A DNA stretch of 64,000 nt from Bacteroidota bacterium (GTDB lineage: Bacteria; Bacteroidota; Ignavibacteria; UBA10030). The translations under genes and the position numbers were made by a program. How positions within the stretch are numbered: the stretch's first letter is position 1; each line of letters begins with the position of its first letter. The notes under the pieces were generated by a model, which ran no database searches, had not been told where the DNA came from, and saw nothing but the letters and a program-made list of their open reading frames with translations. Positions 39,968-49,759 of this stretch are shown one piece after another. Location: assembly GCA_050015675.1 (NCBI GenBank), contig JBEKAY010000013.1, positions 2,734-66,733 on the forward strand. Reading direction: 5' to 3'.

Positions 39968-40975
39968 GTGAATAGCATTATCCATCAACAATCACAACTC
40001 ATCGCACAGAACATGGACGTTTATTTTTACGAAGCGTTTGAAGAAGAAACCGATGCGCTCAAATCTCTTCTTGGTAATCAATTATCCTATGACTTAACGG
40101 ATAAAACGATTCAGGAAGCCGGGCATCTCAATCCACCAGCACGTCTGATTAGTATCCGCACACAATCTATCGTTCCGCCAGGGTGGGCAAGCAAACTTGA
40201 TGGTATTTTGAGCCGAAGCACCGGTTACGATCATCTAAAAAGATATTTAGAGGGAATTCACATACAACTTCCATGCGGCTATCTGGAAGAATACGCTACA
40301 CGCGCTGTTGCCGAACATGCCATTCTGCTGATGATGGCTTTAATGCGGCGACTGCCGCAACAGATGACGCAGTTTCAACACTTCGATCGTGATGGCTTAA
40401 CAGGCGGAGAATGCTCAGATAAGAATCTTCTCGTAGTTGGCGTGGGACGAATCGGGAGTGAAATTGTTAAAATCGGTACTGCGCTTGGAATGAATGTCCG
40501 CGGTGTGGATATCGTTCATCATAATAATGAAGTGCATTATAACGGAAAAGAGGAAGGCATCGCTTGGGCAGACGTCATTATCTGCGCGATGAATTTGACA
40601 AACGAAAATCGCGGTTACTTTTCTTACAACCTTTTAAAGCAAGCAAAGCAGGGTATTCTCTTCATCAATGTTGCACGAGGGGAACATGCTCCGCTTTCCG
40701 ATTTGCTGAAGTTAGTGCAGGAACACCATCTCTGTGGACTTGGGCTTGATGTCTTTGAAGATGAACCGAATGTTGCCGTCGCTTTGCGGAGCGGACACAT
40801 GAAAACTTCTTCCGAAGCTCAAATAGTAACGGCATTACTTCAGCATCCAAATATTCTTTTCACACCGCACAATGCATTTAACACAATCGAAGCAGTACAA
40901 CGAAAATCTCAGTTTACTGTTGATGAGGTTTTGTACTTTCTGAAGAATAAGAATTTTCGGTGTGCTGTACGGTAA
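39968..40975 (+). CDS. D-isomer-specific 2-hydroxyacid dehydrogenase family NAD(P)-dependent oxidoreductase
   Basis: NAD-binding VGVGRIGSEIVK; catalytic R/E/H region typical of the family (FTPHNAF). Confidence 0.8.
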   Translation: MNSIIHQQSQLIAQNMDVYFYEAFEEETDALKSLLGNQLSYDLTDKTIQEAGHLNPPARLISIRTQSIVPPGWASKLDGILSRSTGYDHLKRYLEGIHIQLPCGYLEEYATRAVAEHAILLMMALMRRLPQQMTQFQHFDRDGLTGGECSDKNLLVVGVGRIGSEIVKIGTALGMNVRGVDIVHHNNEVHYNGKEEGIAWADVIICAMNLTNENRGYFSYNLLKQAKQGILFINVARGEHAPLSDLLKLVQEHHLCGLGLDVFEDEPNVAVALRSGHMKTSSEAQIVTALLQHPNILFTPHNAFNTIEAVQRKSQFTVDEVLYFLKNKNFRCAVR

Positions 40976-40999
40976 AATCAGTCCGAGCACCTTGACTCG

Positions 41000-43051
41000 C
41001 TATATCAATGTTTCTTCTAGCATGATTGGTTGCAGAATAACTTCAAGAAGCGATTGTATCGATGCAGGTTGTTCTAACACGGCATGTGGCTTCGGTGCTT
41101 TGCTTGCCTTCATCTCATCCATTTGAGTTTTTGTTGCCATCACGACTAATTTAGCCTGAGGTTCAAACTTTAAAACATCTTTCATCAAAGCAGGAGTCTC
41201 GTCAAGTGAGAACCCATCAAATAAAGCAATCTGAGCTTTGCCGGGGTTTTGAATAAGTGTTTCCCGAACCTGCGTTTTCCCAACAGCAAAAAGCGGTTCA
41301 TATCCGTTGTCTTCTAAGTCATTAAAAAGCTTGTGATTGTATTCATTCTCGGAACAGGCGATAAACAGTATCGGCTGATCTATGTCCGGTTGAAATTCCA
41401 CTTCCTGTGAACTCGCTTTTATCGTAGATACGACAGGCAGGAATATATTAAAGGTTGAACCTTTACCTTTTACACTTTCGACAGTTATAAATCCATTGTG
41501 TCCTTTAACTATACCGATGCTAATGGAAAGGCCCAGACCTGTGCCTTTCCCAAGTTCTTTTGTGGTGTAGAACGGTTCGAAAATTTTATGCACTTCGGAT
41601 TCCGGTATTCCAGCACCGGTATCGCTGATACTGAAGACGACATATTCTCCTTCAGCCGCATTAGAATATTCTTCCGCCATTTCTTTACTCACAGAAGTAT
41701 TCTCTGCCGTAATAGTGAGCTCGCCGCCCTTCGGCATAGCATCACGCGCATTGGTGCATAGATTGATGAGGAGTTGATGAAGTTGTGTTGAGTCTCCCAT
41801 AATAGATGAAATATTTTCAGCTATACGAATATGCACATGAACGCTATCCGGAATAATTTGTTCTAATTGTCTGGATACATCTTTTATAATCTTCTGCGGA
41901 TTGAGTTTTGCGTGCACTCCCTGTGCCCCTTTCACAAAGGATAATACCTGATGCGACATTTCAGAACCATACTTAGCGCTTGATTCAATGTTACTTAATA
42001 GCCGCCGGCTTCGTTGGTCGTGCAGCTTTCGTTTCAATACTTGCACACCGATCAGCATCGGTGAAAATACATTGTTCAAATCATGCACTATACCGCTTGC
42101 AAATATACCGATGCTTTCCACTCGCTGTGCACGGAGGAAACGCGATTCCAATCTTTTGCGTTCCGTAACATCTGTACATACTTGAAGAATACCTGTTGGT
42201 TCACCTTGTGCATTGCGAACAAGTGTCCAGCGGCAATCTGAGATGATGACGGTTCCGTCTTGTTTTATTTGATGAAGTTCGCCCGACCATTCTGCATTTT
42301 TCAGTGTACGCTCATACGCCTGCTGAAAATCTTTAGCGCCGCTTTCATCATAAATAAATCCCATCACATTTCTTCCAACCACCTCCATCGATGGATATCC
42401 ATATATACGTTCTGCACTTTTATTCCAATAGCGTATGTGATTCTCAAGATCGAGTACTAGAATGGCGTCTTGTGCTTGATCCAGCAGCTTTGCTTGTTCG
42501 CGTATTGTTTCTTCTGCTTTTCTTCGTGAGGTAATGTCAATAAAGACTGCTTCTGTATGATTTTCAAGGGACGATAACGAAGCAGAAAAGGATACCCATA
42601 AATCCGATCCATCGTGACGATGCAGAAGTGTCTCATGGTCTTCCACAGTCCCTTTTGCCAACAACTGTGCATCAAGTCGTTTCCGCTCCATGGGAGACAT
42701 TGTATATATTATTTCTTTCACTTCATCAAAGGTACTAACTCGGAACATGCGGAGGAGTGCTTGATTGGCATCAACCACATTCCAGTGAGATGTTGTAATG
42801 CGAAGCATTCCGGCAGGCGAGTGCTCGAAGAGGTTTCTGAACTTACGTTCGCTCTCGGCAAGTTCTTCAAATTGACGCTTCTTAGTGACGAGTTCTTTTT
42901 GCTTGCTTGCGGCAACTGTAAAAACAAACCCTATTGCAATTGCTAGCATGGCAATAGTGCCAAGCGCTACAGCCCACCATATATCAAATGTCACCTCTTG
43001 CACAGAAAGCCCCGCGCATAGAGTAGATTTGATATTATTGAGAGAATCCAA
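41000..43051 (-). CDS. PAS-domain hybrid sensor histidine kinase (HisKA + HATPase_c, C-terminal degenerate receiver)
   Basis: TM helix near the N-terminus; at least two PAS modules; H-box HDLNNVFSPM; G-boxes DTGAGI and GKGTGLGL. Confidence 0.8.
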   Translation of the reverse strand: MDSLNNIKSTLCAGLSVQEVTFDIWWAVALGTIAMLAIAIGFVFTVAASKQKELVTKKRQFEELAESERKFRNLFEHSPAGMLRITTSHWNVVDANQALLRMFRVSTFDEVKEIIYTMSPMERKRLDAQLLAKGTVEDHETLLHRHDGSDLWVSFSASLSSLENHTEAVFIDITSRRKAEETIREQAKLLDQAQDAILVLDLENHIRYWNKSAERIYGYPSMEVVGRNVMGFIYDESGAKDFQQAYERTLKNAEWSGELHQIKQDGTVIISDCRWTLVRNAQGEPTGILQVCTDVTERKRLESRFLRAQRVESIGIFASGIVHDLNNVFSPMLIGVQVLKRKLHDQRSRRLLSNIESSAKYGSEMSHQVLSFVKGAQGVHAKLNPQKIIKDVSRQLEQIIPDSVHVHIRIAENISSIMGDSTQLHQLLINLCTNARDAMPKGGELTITAENTSVSKEMAEEYSNAAEGEYVVFSISDTGAGIPESEVHKIFEPFYTTKELGKGTGLGLSISIGIVKGHNGFITVESVKGKGSTFNIFLPVVSTIKASSQEVEFQPDIDQPILFIACSENEYNHKLFNDLEDNGYEPLFAVGKTQVRETLIQNPGKAQIALFDGFSLDETPALMKDVLKFEPQAKLVVMATKTQMDEMKASKAPKPHAVLEQPASIQSLLEVILQPIMLEETLI

Positions 43052-43620
43052 TTCAAATAAAACACCTGCTTTAAACGTTCTGGTGAAATCTGTAACATTT
43101 TATTAAAGAACGCGAACCAAAAAAGACTCCCTGCTGAATAGATGATTATACCTGTAGCTATCCAGAAGCGCGGATCATCTGTCCAGATAATATCACTTTC
43201 TTTGACAACATCTACCAAGAGCAAAGTCGAAAATATTATTTGAAGAATCATGGAGATCGTGGATGTCCATCCATCAAGCAGCGAAAGAGGTTCGAAGGTG
43301 AACTTGCTTATAATCCAAAGTACAACAAATGCAGAAAGACAAAATAAGAGCATCAAACGACTTTGACGCTGTTTGATCCACAATGAACACATGAAAAACA
43401 CAAATACAATCTCGATCAATGTAATAAAATGCATTGTCCAAGCATTATGAATTTTAAAATAGGCAAGTGTCACCTGCACTATCACTTCAAAAATACTGAC
43501 AATAATCAGCCACTCAAGAATTCTTAAAGGGCGCGGGAGGTTTCTATAACGGAAACCTCCCACAAGCGCAGTACAAATTTCGATGAACAGAAAAATATAG
43601 AATAAAACTGGAATCTTCAT
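42991..43620 (-). CDS. polytopic membrane protein (about 6 TM), possible detached sensor module
   Basis: Hydrophobic throughout; overlaps the kinase ORF start by 61 nt in another frame. Confidence 0.4.
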   Translation of the reverse strand: MKIPVLFYIFLFIEICTALVGGFRYRNLPRPLRILEWLIIVSIFEVIVQVTLAYFKIHNAWTMHFITLIEIVFVFFMCSLWIKQRQSRLMLLFCLSAFVVLWIISKFTFEPLSLLDGWTSTISMILQIIFSTLLLVDVVKESDIIWTDDPRFWIATGIIIYSAGSLFWFAFFNKMLQISPERLKQVFYLNWILSIISNLLYARGFLCKR

Positions 43621-43645
43621 CTAAGAACTACCGGACTAAGTCGCT

Positions 43646-44092
43646 TCAATCGCCACAATAAGGAGGACATAAGAACGCCCCCTCCAGAGCCATTGCAGTC
43701 ATAGTCTTTCCTTGGCCATTCACTGCGACGAGGACTATCGTTGGTGTACCATCAGTATTCTGTGCAAAATAATATTTTAAACCAATAACTCCTGGCTGGT
43801 TAATAAGTGTTTGAATAGCACTGACAGCAAAAGTACCACCCGAAGTTCCTTTTGTAACTCTGGCGGCAGCGTTAGCGGTGAGATTAGTTTTGAGATTACC
43901 TTTTTGATTCGCAATTAAAAAGGTTGCCGTCCCCCAATCAATTTGATGGTTGGCAGTGCTTAAAGCATTAACCAAAGCCTGTCCTTGATCCTGTGGTTCA
44001 GGAGCATTTTTTCCCGGACCATTGTACGCCCAAAGCAATCCAAAACAGAGTACGACAAGAATGCTGAGGACGAGTATACCTTTGATTTTCAT
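43646..44092 (-). CDS. secreted hypothetical protein
   Basis: Signal-peptide-like N-terminus (MKIKGILVLSILVVLCFGLLWA); no known domain recognised. Confidence 0.4.
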   Translation of the reverse strand: MKIKGILVLSILVVLCFGLLWAYNGPGKNAPEPQDQGQALVNALSTANHQIDWGTATFLIANQKGNLKTNLTANAAARVTKGTSGGTFAVSAIQTLINQPGVIGLKYYFAQNTDGTPTIVLVAVNGQGKTMTAMALEGAFLCPPYCGD

Positions 44093-44715
44093 AACTACCT
44101 CCTGTTAATTGTAAGAAGCGTTTGAAAAATTACTCCCGCCTATTGGTGTTTCCAAGAACGCGAGAAGGAACTATGTTTGAATAGAATTACACCTTATAAA
44201 TAGAAGATACTGTATTTCATGAATAAAGCAAAGAGTTCATATATGATACGCGCAACTATTAATTTGGTTTCCAGCTCAAACACTTTTTAACTATATTGGT
44301 ATGCAGTGTTATAGTCAAATTTAATTTTTTTACTCTTCAAACCATTCACTGTCTCTCTTATTAAAGTACTAAAGTTATATTTTGTTGTTGTAAAAGATAT
44401 CAGTAAAGGAACGATTTATTAATAGGAAATTTCCTATACTCATCCTGTGCGCTGGATTGTTTTATTGATAAACCGATATACTTTACACTGGATAGCTTCT
44501 GTGCTTAGTGATTTTTCAAGGAATGCAAGCGGTCCCAGCTCCAATACATAGTGGCATCTGAAAAATTCAATGTTAATATCATTTTGAGACACGGCAAAGA
44601 ATCTATTGCTTTAGCCTAAAAACAAAGTATAGATTTTTTGCTATGCTCAGAATTACAATAGACGAACAGATTTTCGGATATCTTCATTATATGGCATACC
44701 GCACACGAAATCGTT

Positions 44716-46659
44716 ATGTTATCACTTGAACATATTACTATTCAATTTGGCGAACGCTCGCTGTTTCAGGATGTTACAACGACTGTTGGTCCACGAGACC
44801 GTATCGGGCTGGTTGGCTCAAATGGCAGCGGCAAATCTACACTTCTGAAAGTTATCGTTGGTCTTCAGCAAACCGATGTTGGAACTATCAATAAAGCGCA
44901 ATATGTAACCGTTGGGTACCTGCCGCAAGATGGGGTCAGTGCCTACGGCCGCACATTATACCAGGAATCAGAAACTGCTTTCGAGGACGTGCTCCAAGTT
45001 CAACGTGAACTGGATGACGCACACCAACAACTCACGACACTCGATCCTTCCTGCGACGACTTTGCAGACACGCTCGAAGTTTTGGGTGAACTCCAGCATA
45101 AATTAGAAGATCTCGATGCCTATCGGATGAAATCCAAGATCGAACGAATTCTTATGGGACTCGGATTTTCCATACAGGATTTCGAGCGCATGACGGATGA
45201 GTTCAGCGGCGGCTGGCAAATGCGCATCGCCCTTGCGAAATTACTTTTAAAGGAACCCAATGTCCTCCTCCTTGATGAACCGACAAATCATCTCGATATT
45301 GAGACGCTTCAATGGCTGGAAGAATATCTCCGCCAATACAACGGCGCCATTATTCTTGTCTCGCATGATCGTACATTGCTTGACAATCTGACAACGAAAA
45401 CATTTGCGCTCAGCCGCGGCAAATTTGAAAGTTATGCCGGTAATTATTCTTTCTATGAAACAGAGCGCGAAGTACGCAAAGAACTCCTGTTAAGCCAACT
45501 CAAGAATCAACAGCAGCATATTAAACAAACGCAGGAATTTATAGAGCGATTCCGGTACAAGGCGACCAAAGCCCGCCAAGTACAAAGCAGGATTAAACAG
45601 TTGGAAAAAATTGAAGTAGTAGAAGTAGAAAGCGAAGAAGAGGAAATTCATTTTCATTTTCCACCACCGCAGCAAAGCGGCCGTGTTGTAATAGAACTAA
45701 ACAACCTCGGCAAACACTACGGTGCCTTAGAGGTTTTCAATAATCTTGATTACAAGGTTGAACGCGGCGATCGTATCGCAATTGTTGGCGTCAACGGTGC
45801 AGGTAAATCGACATTATCCAGAATTCTTGCCGGAGTGGAATCCTTCGACACAGGCGAGCGCATCATGGGCTACAATGTCGTGCCATCTTACTTCGCACAG
45901 GATCAAGCGGATGAACTCGACCTCACAAAGGATGTGCTGCAAACAGTTGAAGAATCTGCAGGAACAGAAACTCGCACACAGCTTCGCACACTCCTTGGTT
46001 CTTTTCTTTTTCATGGCGATGATGTTTTTAAGAGCGTATCAGTTCTCTCTGGCGGTGAGAAAAGCCGGCTTGCGTTGGCAAAAATGTTGCTCCAGCCGTC
46101 AAACTTTTTAATAATGGATGAACCGACGAATCATCTTGACATGAAATCAAAACGTGTGCTGCAGGAAGCGCTTTCAAAGTATGAAGGCACTTTCGCCATT
46201 GTCTCGCACGACCGCGCTTTTCTCGATCCCATCGTCAACAAGGTGTTAGAAGTGAAACCCGGTTCGCTCCGAACGTTCCTCGGTAATCTCTCCGATTATA
46301 TCATAAAGAAAAAAGAGGAACGCGAACAGACAGCACAGAATACTGAAAAGTCGGATGCGCGTCTCTCAGACGAGACACAAGCGACATGGCAAGAACAACA
46401 AAAGCTCCGCAAGAGCCTTGCACGCGAGGTCCGGGCTGCGAAGAAGAAGGTGGAAGAAGCCGAGACTAAAATTCATCGGTTGGAAACACGAAAAAAAGAA
46501 ATCGAGGCAATGCTTGCAAATCCCGACTTCTATAAAAACGGCGAAGAGGCGAAATTAATTTCAATAGAATATAAGGACGTGCAGATTCAGATCGAACAAG
46601 CATATACAAACTGGTCAAATATGACTCGTCAACTGGAGCAAATTGAGAAAAACGTATAG
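44716..46659 (+). CDS. ABC-F family ATPase (EttA/Uup-like, two NBDs, no TMD)
   Basis: Two Walker A sites (GSNGSGKST, GVNGAGKST); two signatures (FSGGWQMR, LSGGEKSR); C-terminal coiled-coil. Confidence 0.9.
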   Translation: MLSLEHITIQFGERSLFQDVTTTVGPRDRIGLVGSNGSGKSTLLKVIVGLQQTDVGTINKAQYVTVGYLPQDGVSAYGRTLYQESETAFEDVLQVQRELDDAHQQLTTLDPSCDDFADTLEVLGELQHKLEDLDAYRMKSKIERILMGLGFSIQDFERMTDEFSGGWQMRIALAKLLLKEPNVLLLDEPTNHLDIETLQWLEEYLRQYNGAIILVSHDRTLLDNLTTKTFALSRGKFESYAGNYSFYETEREVRKELLLSQLKNQQQHIKQTQEFIERFRYKATKARQVQSRIKQLEKIEVVEVESEEEEIHFHFPPPQQSGRVVIELNNLGKHYGALEVFNNLDYKVERGDRIAIVGVNGAGKSTLSRILAGVESFDTGERIMGYNVVPSYFAQDQADELDLTKDVLQTVEESAGTETRTQLRTLLGSFLFHGDDVFKSVSVLSGGEKSRLALAKMLLQPSNFLIMDEPTNHLDMKSKRVLQEALSKYEGTFAIVSHDRAFLDPIVNKVLEVKPGSLRTFLGNLSDYIIKKKEEREQTAQNTEKSDARLSDETQATWQEQQKLRKSLAREVRAAKKKVEEAETKIHRLETRKKEIEAMLANPDFYKNGEEAKLISIEYKDVQIQIEQAYTNWSNMTRQLEQIEKNV

Positions 46660-46732
46660 CACTTATCCTGCGAATGGACTAAAAGAAGCATCAAACACCA
46701 TCATACATTCAAGTTGAAACGTAACAAGGGAA

Positions 46733-47198
46733 TTGCTAAGAGGATCAAAATTTGATGTTATAGTTATAGATGACCGCGAACAGTACGCTAATTCCACTCG
46801 TTTCCCAACGGCAGCGCAGACATTGGCAATTGATTTTCAAAGTGCATTTGATCACATATCCATAAAATCTTCTTCGTACATTGTCATCACGACTCGAGGG
46901 CATCGGTACGATGAAGAAATATTAGAACGTGCGCTTCAGACTTCGGCAGGCTACATCGGAATGATTGGAAGTCGGCGAAAAAGAAGCGATTTATGAACGA
47001 TTACTTAACCACAGCATTCCTATCGAACAACTGATACGCGTGTATGCACCGATTGGAATTGGCGCTGTGACATCGGAAGAAATTTCAATCAGTAGTGTGG
47101 CGCAGCTTATCCGAATACGACGCGGGGTGAACGATCCATCGAGAGATAAATCGGAATCGATGTATTCCTTTTTTCATAAAAACGACGTACCATCTTAA
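46733..47198 (+). pseudogene. XdhC/CoxI-family Rossmann-domain remnant (N-terminally truncated, frameshifted)
   Basis: ORFs 46733-46996 and 46965-47198 together read ...YIGMIGSRRKRSDL / ...YAPIGIGAVTSEEISISSVAQLI, matching the XdhC C-terminal half in two frames. Confidence 0.5.
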
Positions 47199-47244
47199 GA
47201 GCATATAAGAAGATTCAAATCAAATGAGAATAGAAAAATAATTC

Positions 47245-47640
47245 ATGGATGCGACTGCACCAAAACCAAAAGTACTCATTATTGATGACAGTCCTACAAT
47301 TCGACGTATTGTACAAGATGTTTTCGAGCGTGAGGGGTTTGATGTATCCTTTGCCAGCGAAGGCAGTGAAGGAGTCCACGCAGCGTTGATGAATCCTCCT
47401 CATATCATCATTCTCGATATTGTGATGGAAGGACTTCACGGATTTGAAGTTTGCAAGATGCTTCGCGCTAATTCAAGTATGCGTCGTACTGCCATTATTA
47501 TCATATCGGGAAAATCGTACAAACCAGACATAGATAAGGCGATGGAACTCGGTGCCGATTTATATATTGTAAAACCTTTTTCACCTAAAGAACTTCTTAA
47601 AATAGCCATCCAACATATGAATAAACGAGCGAACCAATAA
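47245..47640 (+). CDS. single-domain response regulator (CheY-like receiver)
   Basis: KVLIIDDSPTIRR...IILDIVMEGLHGFE...IIIISGK pattern. Confidence 0.85.
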   Translation: MDATAPKPKVLIIDDSPTIRRIVQDVFEREGFDVSFASEGSEGVHAALMNPPHIIILDIVMEGLHGFEVCKMLRANSSMRRTAIIIISGKSYKPDIDKAMELGADLYIVKPFSPKELLKIAIQHMNKRANQ

Positions 47641-48524
47641 TGATGACCATCCGATTTTGGGGAACACGGGGTTCCATTGCGTCACCGGGGAAATCGACGG
47701 TCAAGTACGGCGGCAACACATCCTGCGTGGAGGTGCGCGCCCGAAAACAAATATTTATTTTTGACGCTGGCACTGGCATCCGTGATCTTGGTAATCAGCT
47801 TCTCAAAGAATTTAAATCGCAGCCGGTCACACTGCATCTCTTCATTAGCCATACGCATTGGGATCACATACAAGGATTTCCTTTTTTCATGCCGGCATAT
47901 AATAAAAACTTTCAGATCGTCGTGTACGGCCCGCCGGCACGCGATAAAAGTCTCAAAGATTTGTTTAAATTTCAGATGGACTCAGAATATTTTCCGGTAC
48001 CGTTAGGCGGTTTGAATGCACAAATCGTCATGCAGGAAGTCCGTGAGCCAGTCCGTATTGACGATTTGTTGATAACTTCGTTCTATATGAACCATCCCGC
48101 GATGACGCTCGCTTATAAAATTTTCGATGGGGAAAAAACATTTATCTACGCTACGGATAACGAACCATATCGGTACACGCTTCATGCCGCTCGAAAGGAT
48201 CAGCTTGCTTCACAGTACGGCGCAGAATTGGATCAGAAGTTCATCGAGTTTATCAGTGGAGCAGACCTCGTTGTGAGCGACGCGCAGTACACCCTGGAAG
48301 AATATCGCTCAAAGGTCGGTTGGGGACACTCCCCCATAGAATCAGTTGTGGAGTTTGCGATTAAAGCAAATGTGAAACAGTTAGCATTGTACCACCATGA
48401 CCCATCGCACGACGATGCCACAATCGACGCAATAGTGAAGCACGCGCAGAAATTACTTTCAACACAAAAATCTTCTGTGCAATGTATCGGTGCTGCTGAC
48501 GGAATGGAAATAATACTGGTGTAA
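47640..48524 (+). CDS. MBL-fold metallo-hydrolase
   Basis: HxHxDH motif (HTHWDH) and downstream His/Asp ligands; start overlaps the regulator stop. Confidence 0.8.
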   Translation: MMTIRFWGTRGSIASPGKSTVKYGGNTSCVEVRARKQIFIFDAGTGIRDLGNQLLKEFKSQPVTLHLFISHTHWDHIQGFPFFMPAYNKNFQIVVYGPPARDKSLKDLFKFQMDSEYFPVPLGGLNAQIVMQEVREPVRIDDLLITSFYMNHPAMTLAYKIFDGEKTFIYATDNEPYRYTLHAARKDQLASQYGAELDQKFIEFISGADLVVSDAQYTLEEYRSKVGWGHSPIESVVEFAIKANVKQLALYHHDPSHDDATIDAIVKHAQKLLSTQKSSVQCIGAADGMEIILV

Positions 48525-48533
48525 TACCTGTAG

Positions 48534-49640
48534 TCACTTCATCGATTCTTTGCATCGTCGTTCGATGTACTCAATCATTTGTTTTTTGAAGATTTTCCGA
48601 TCAAACTTTTCTGCATGAACTCGGATTGCATACGGATCGAGCTTTAATTTTGAAAGTGATTTAATAGCTGTATTGAGTGCTTCAACTGTTGATTCGTAGA
48701 AAAAAATACCAGTTGGCGAAACACCATCTGCAACAACCGTTTCCAAAGCGCCTCCTTCTCCAAATGCTACAACAGGCTTGCCGCTTGCCATCGCTTCAAG
48801 CGGAACGATGCCAAAATCTTCAACTCCCGGGAAGATTAATGCGCGGCATCCTGCATAAAGCTTCGCAAGACTCTCGCCACTCTGCCATCCTAGAAATTCG
48901 ATGTTCTTGTTTGCTATCTTCTCTAATTTTTCTCGCTCAGGACCAGAACCGACAACGAAAAGTTTCTCACCATATTTGTTGAATGCCTCGATTGCAAGAT
49001 CAACCCGTTTATACGGAACTAATGCACTGACAATTATATAATAGCCGTCATCTTTTTCAGAGACTGTGAACTGATGAGTGGAGACAGGTGGATAGATAAC
49101 ATCAGAGGTACGATGATAAATACGCGAGATACGCTCGGCAACATTATGAGAATTAGCAATGAAGTAATGAACGCGGTTACAGGTTCGAACATCCCATCGT
49201 CGAAGATATGGCGCCACCAGAGCCATTGCCGATCTCGTTACAAATCCGGCGCGTCCTTTTCCAAAATACTCCTCGTACTGATCCCAAATATATCGCATGG
49301 GGGAATGACAATAGCAGATATGTTTTGCACCCTCCTTCGGAATTGCTCCCTTTGCCACAGCGGCGCTTGTTGAGATGATGAGATCATATCCAGAGAAATC
49401 CAGCGAATCGATTGCGAGCGGCATCAGCGGTAAATAATTACGATACTTTGCCGCCTTCATCGGCAGGTGCTGGATGAAAGATGTTTTTATTTTCATCCGC
49501 TCGATAGTTGGCGACATCGCTCCTTCATTATGAAGCAATGTAAAAACTGTTGCATCAGGGAATAATTCACACAAGACTTCAAGAACCTTTTCGCCACCTC
49601 GCATGCCAGTGAGCCAATCATGAACAAGGGCGACTTTCAT
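48534..49640 (-). CDS. glycosyltransferase family 4
   Basis: E-x7-E (EDFGIVPLEAMASGKP); ORF open to 49751 but the family-typical start is MKVALVHDW. Confidence 0.8.
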   Translation of the reverse strand: MKVALVHDWLTGMRGGEKVLEVLCELFPDATVFTLLHNEGAMSPTIERMKIKTSFIQHLPMKAAKYRNYLPLMPLAIDSLDFSGYDLIISTSAAVAKGAIPKEGAKHICYCHSPMRYIWDQYEEYFGKGRAGFVTRSAMALVAPYLRRWDVRTCNRVHYFIANSHNVAERISRIYHRTSDVIYPPVSTHQFTVSEKDDGYYIIVSALVPYKRVDLAIEAFNKYGEKLFVVGSGPEREKLEKIANKNIEFLGWQSGESLAKLYAGCRALIFPGVEDFGIVPLEAMASGKPVVAFGEGGALETVVADGVSPTGIFFYESTVEALNTAIKSLSKLKLDPYAIRVHAEKFDRKIFKKQMIEYIERRCKESMK

Positions 49641-49759
49641 CCTTCTATTTTCTCCACAGAGTATTTCAATCTCATAGTGAAAGAAAATAGCAAAAAAAAA
49701 ACCGCCATCAAAGATGATGGCTAGTATAATCATACCGTTGGTAAATGGCATGTATTAGT

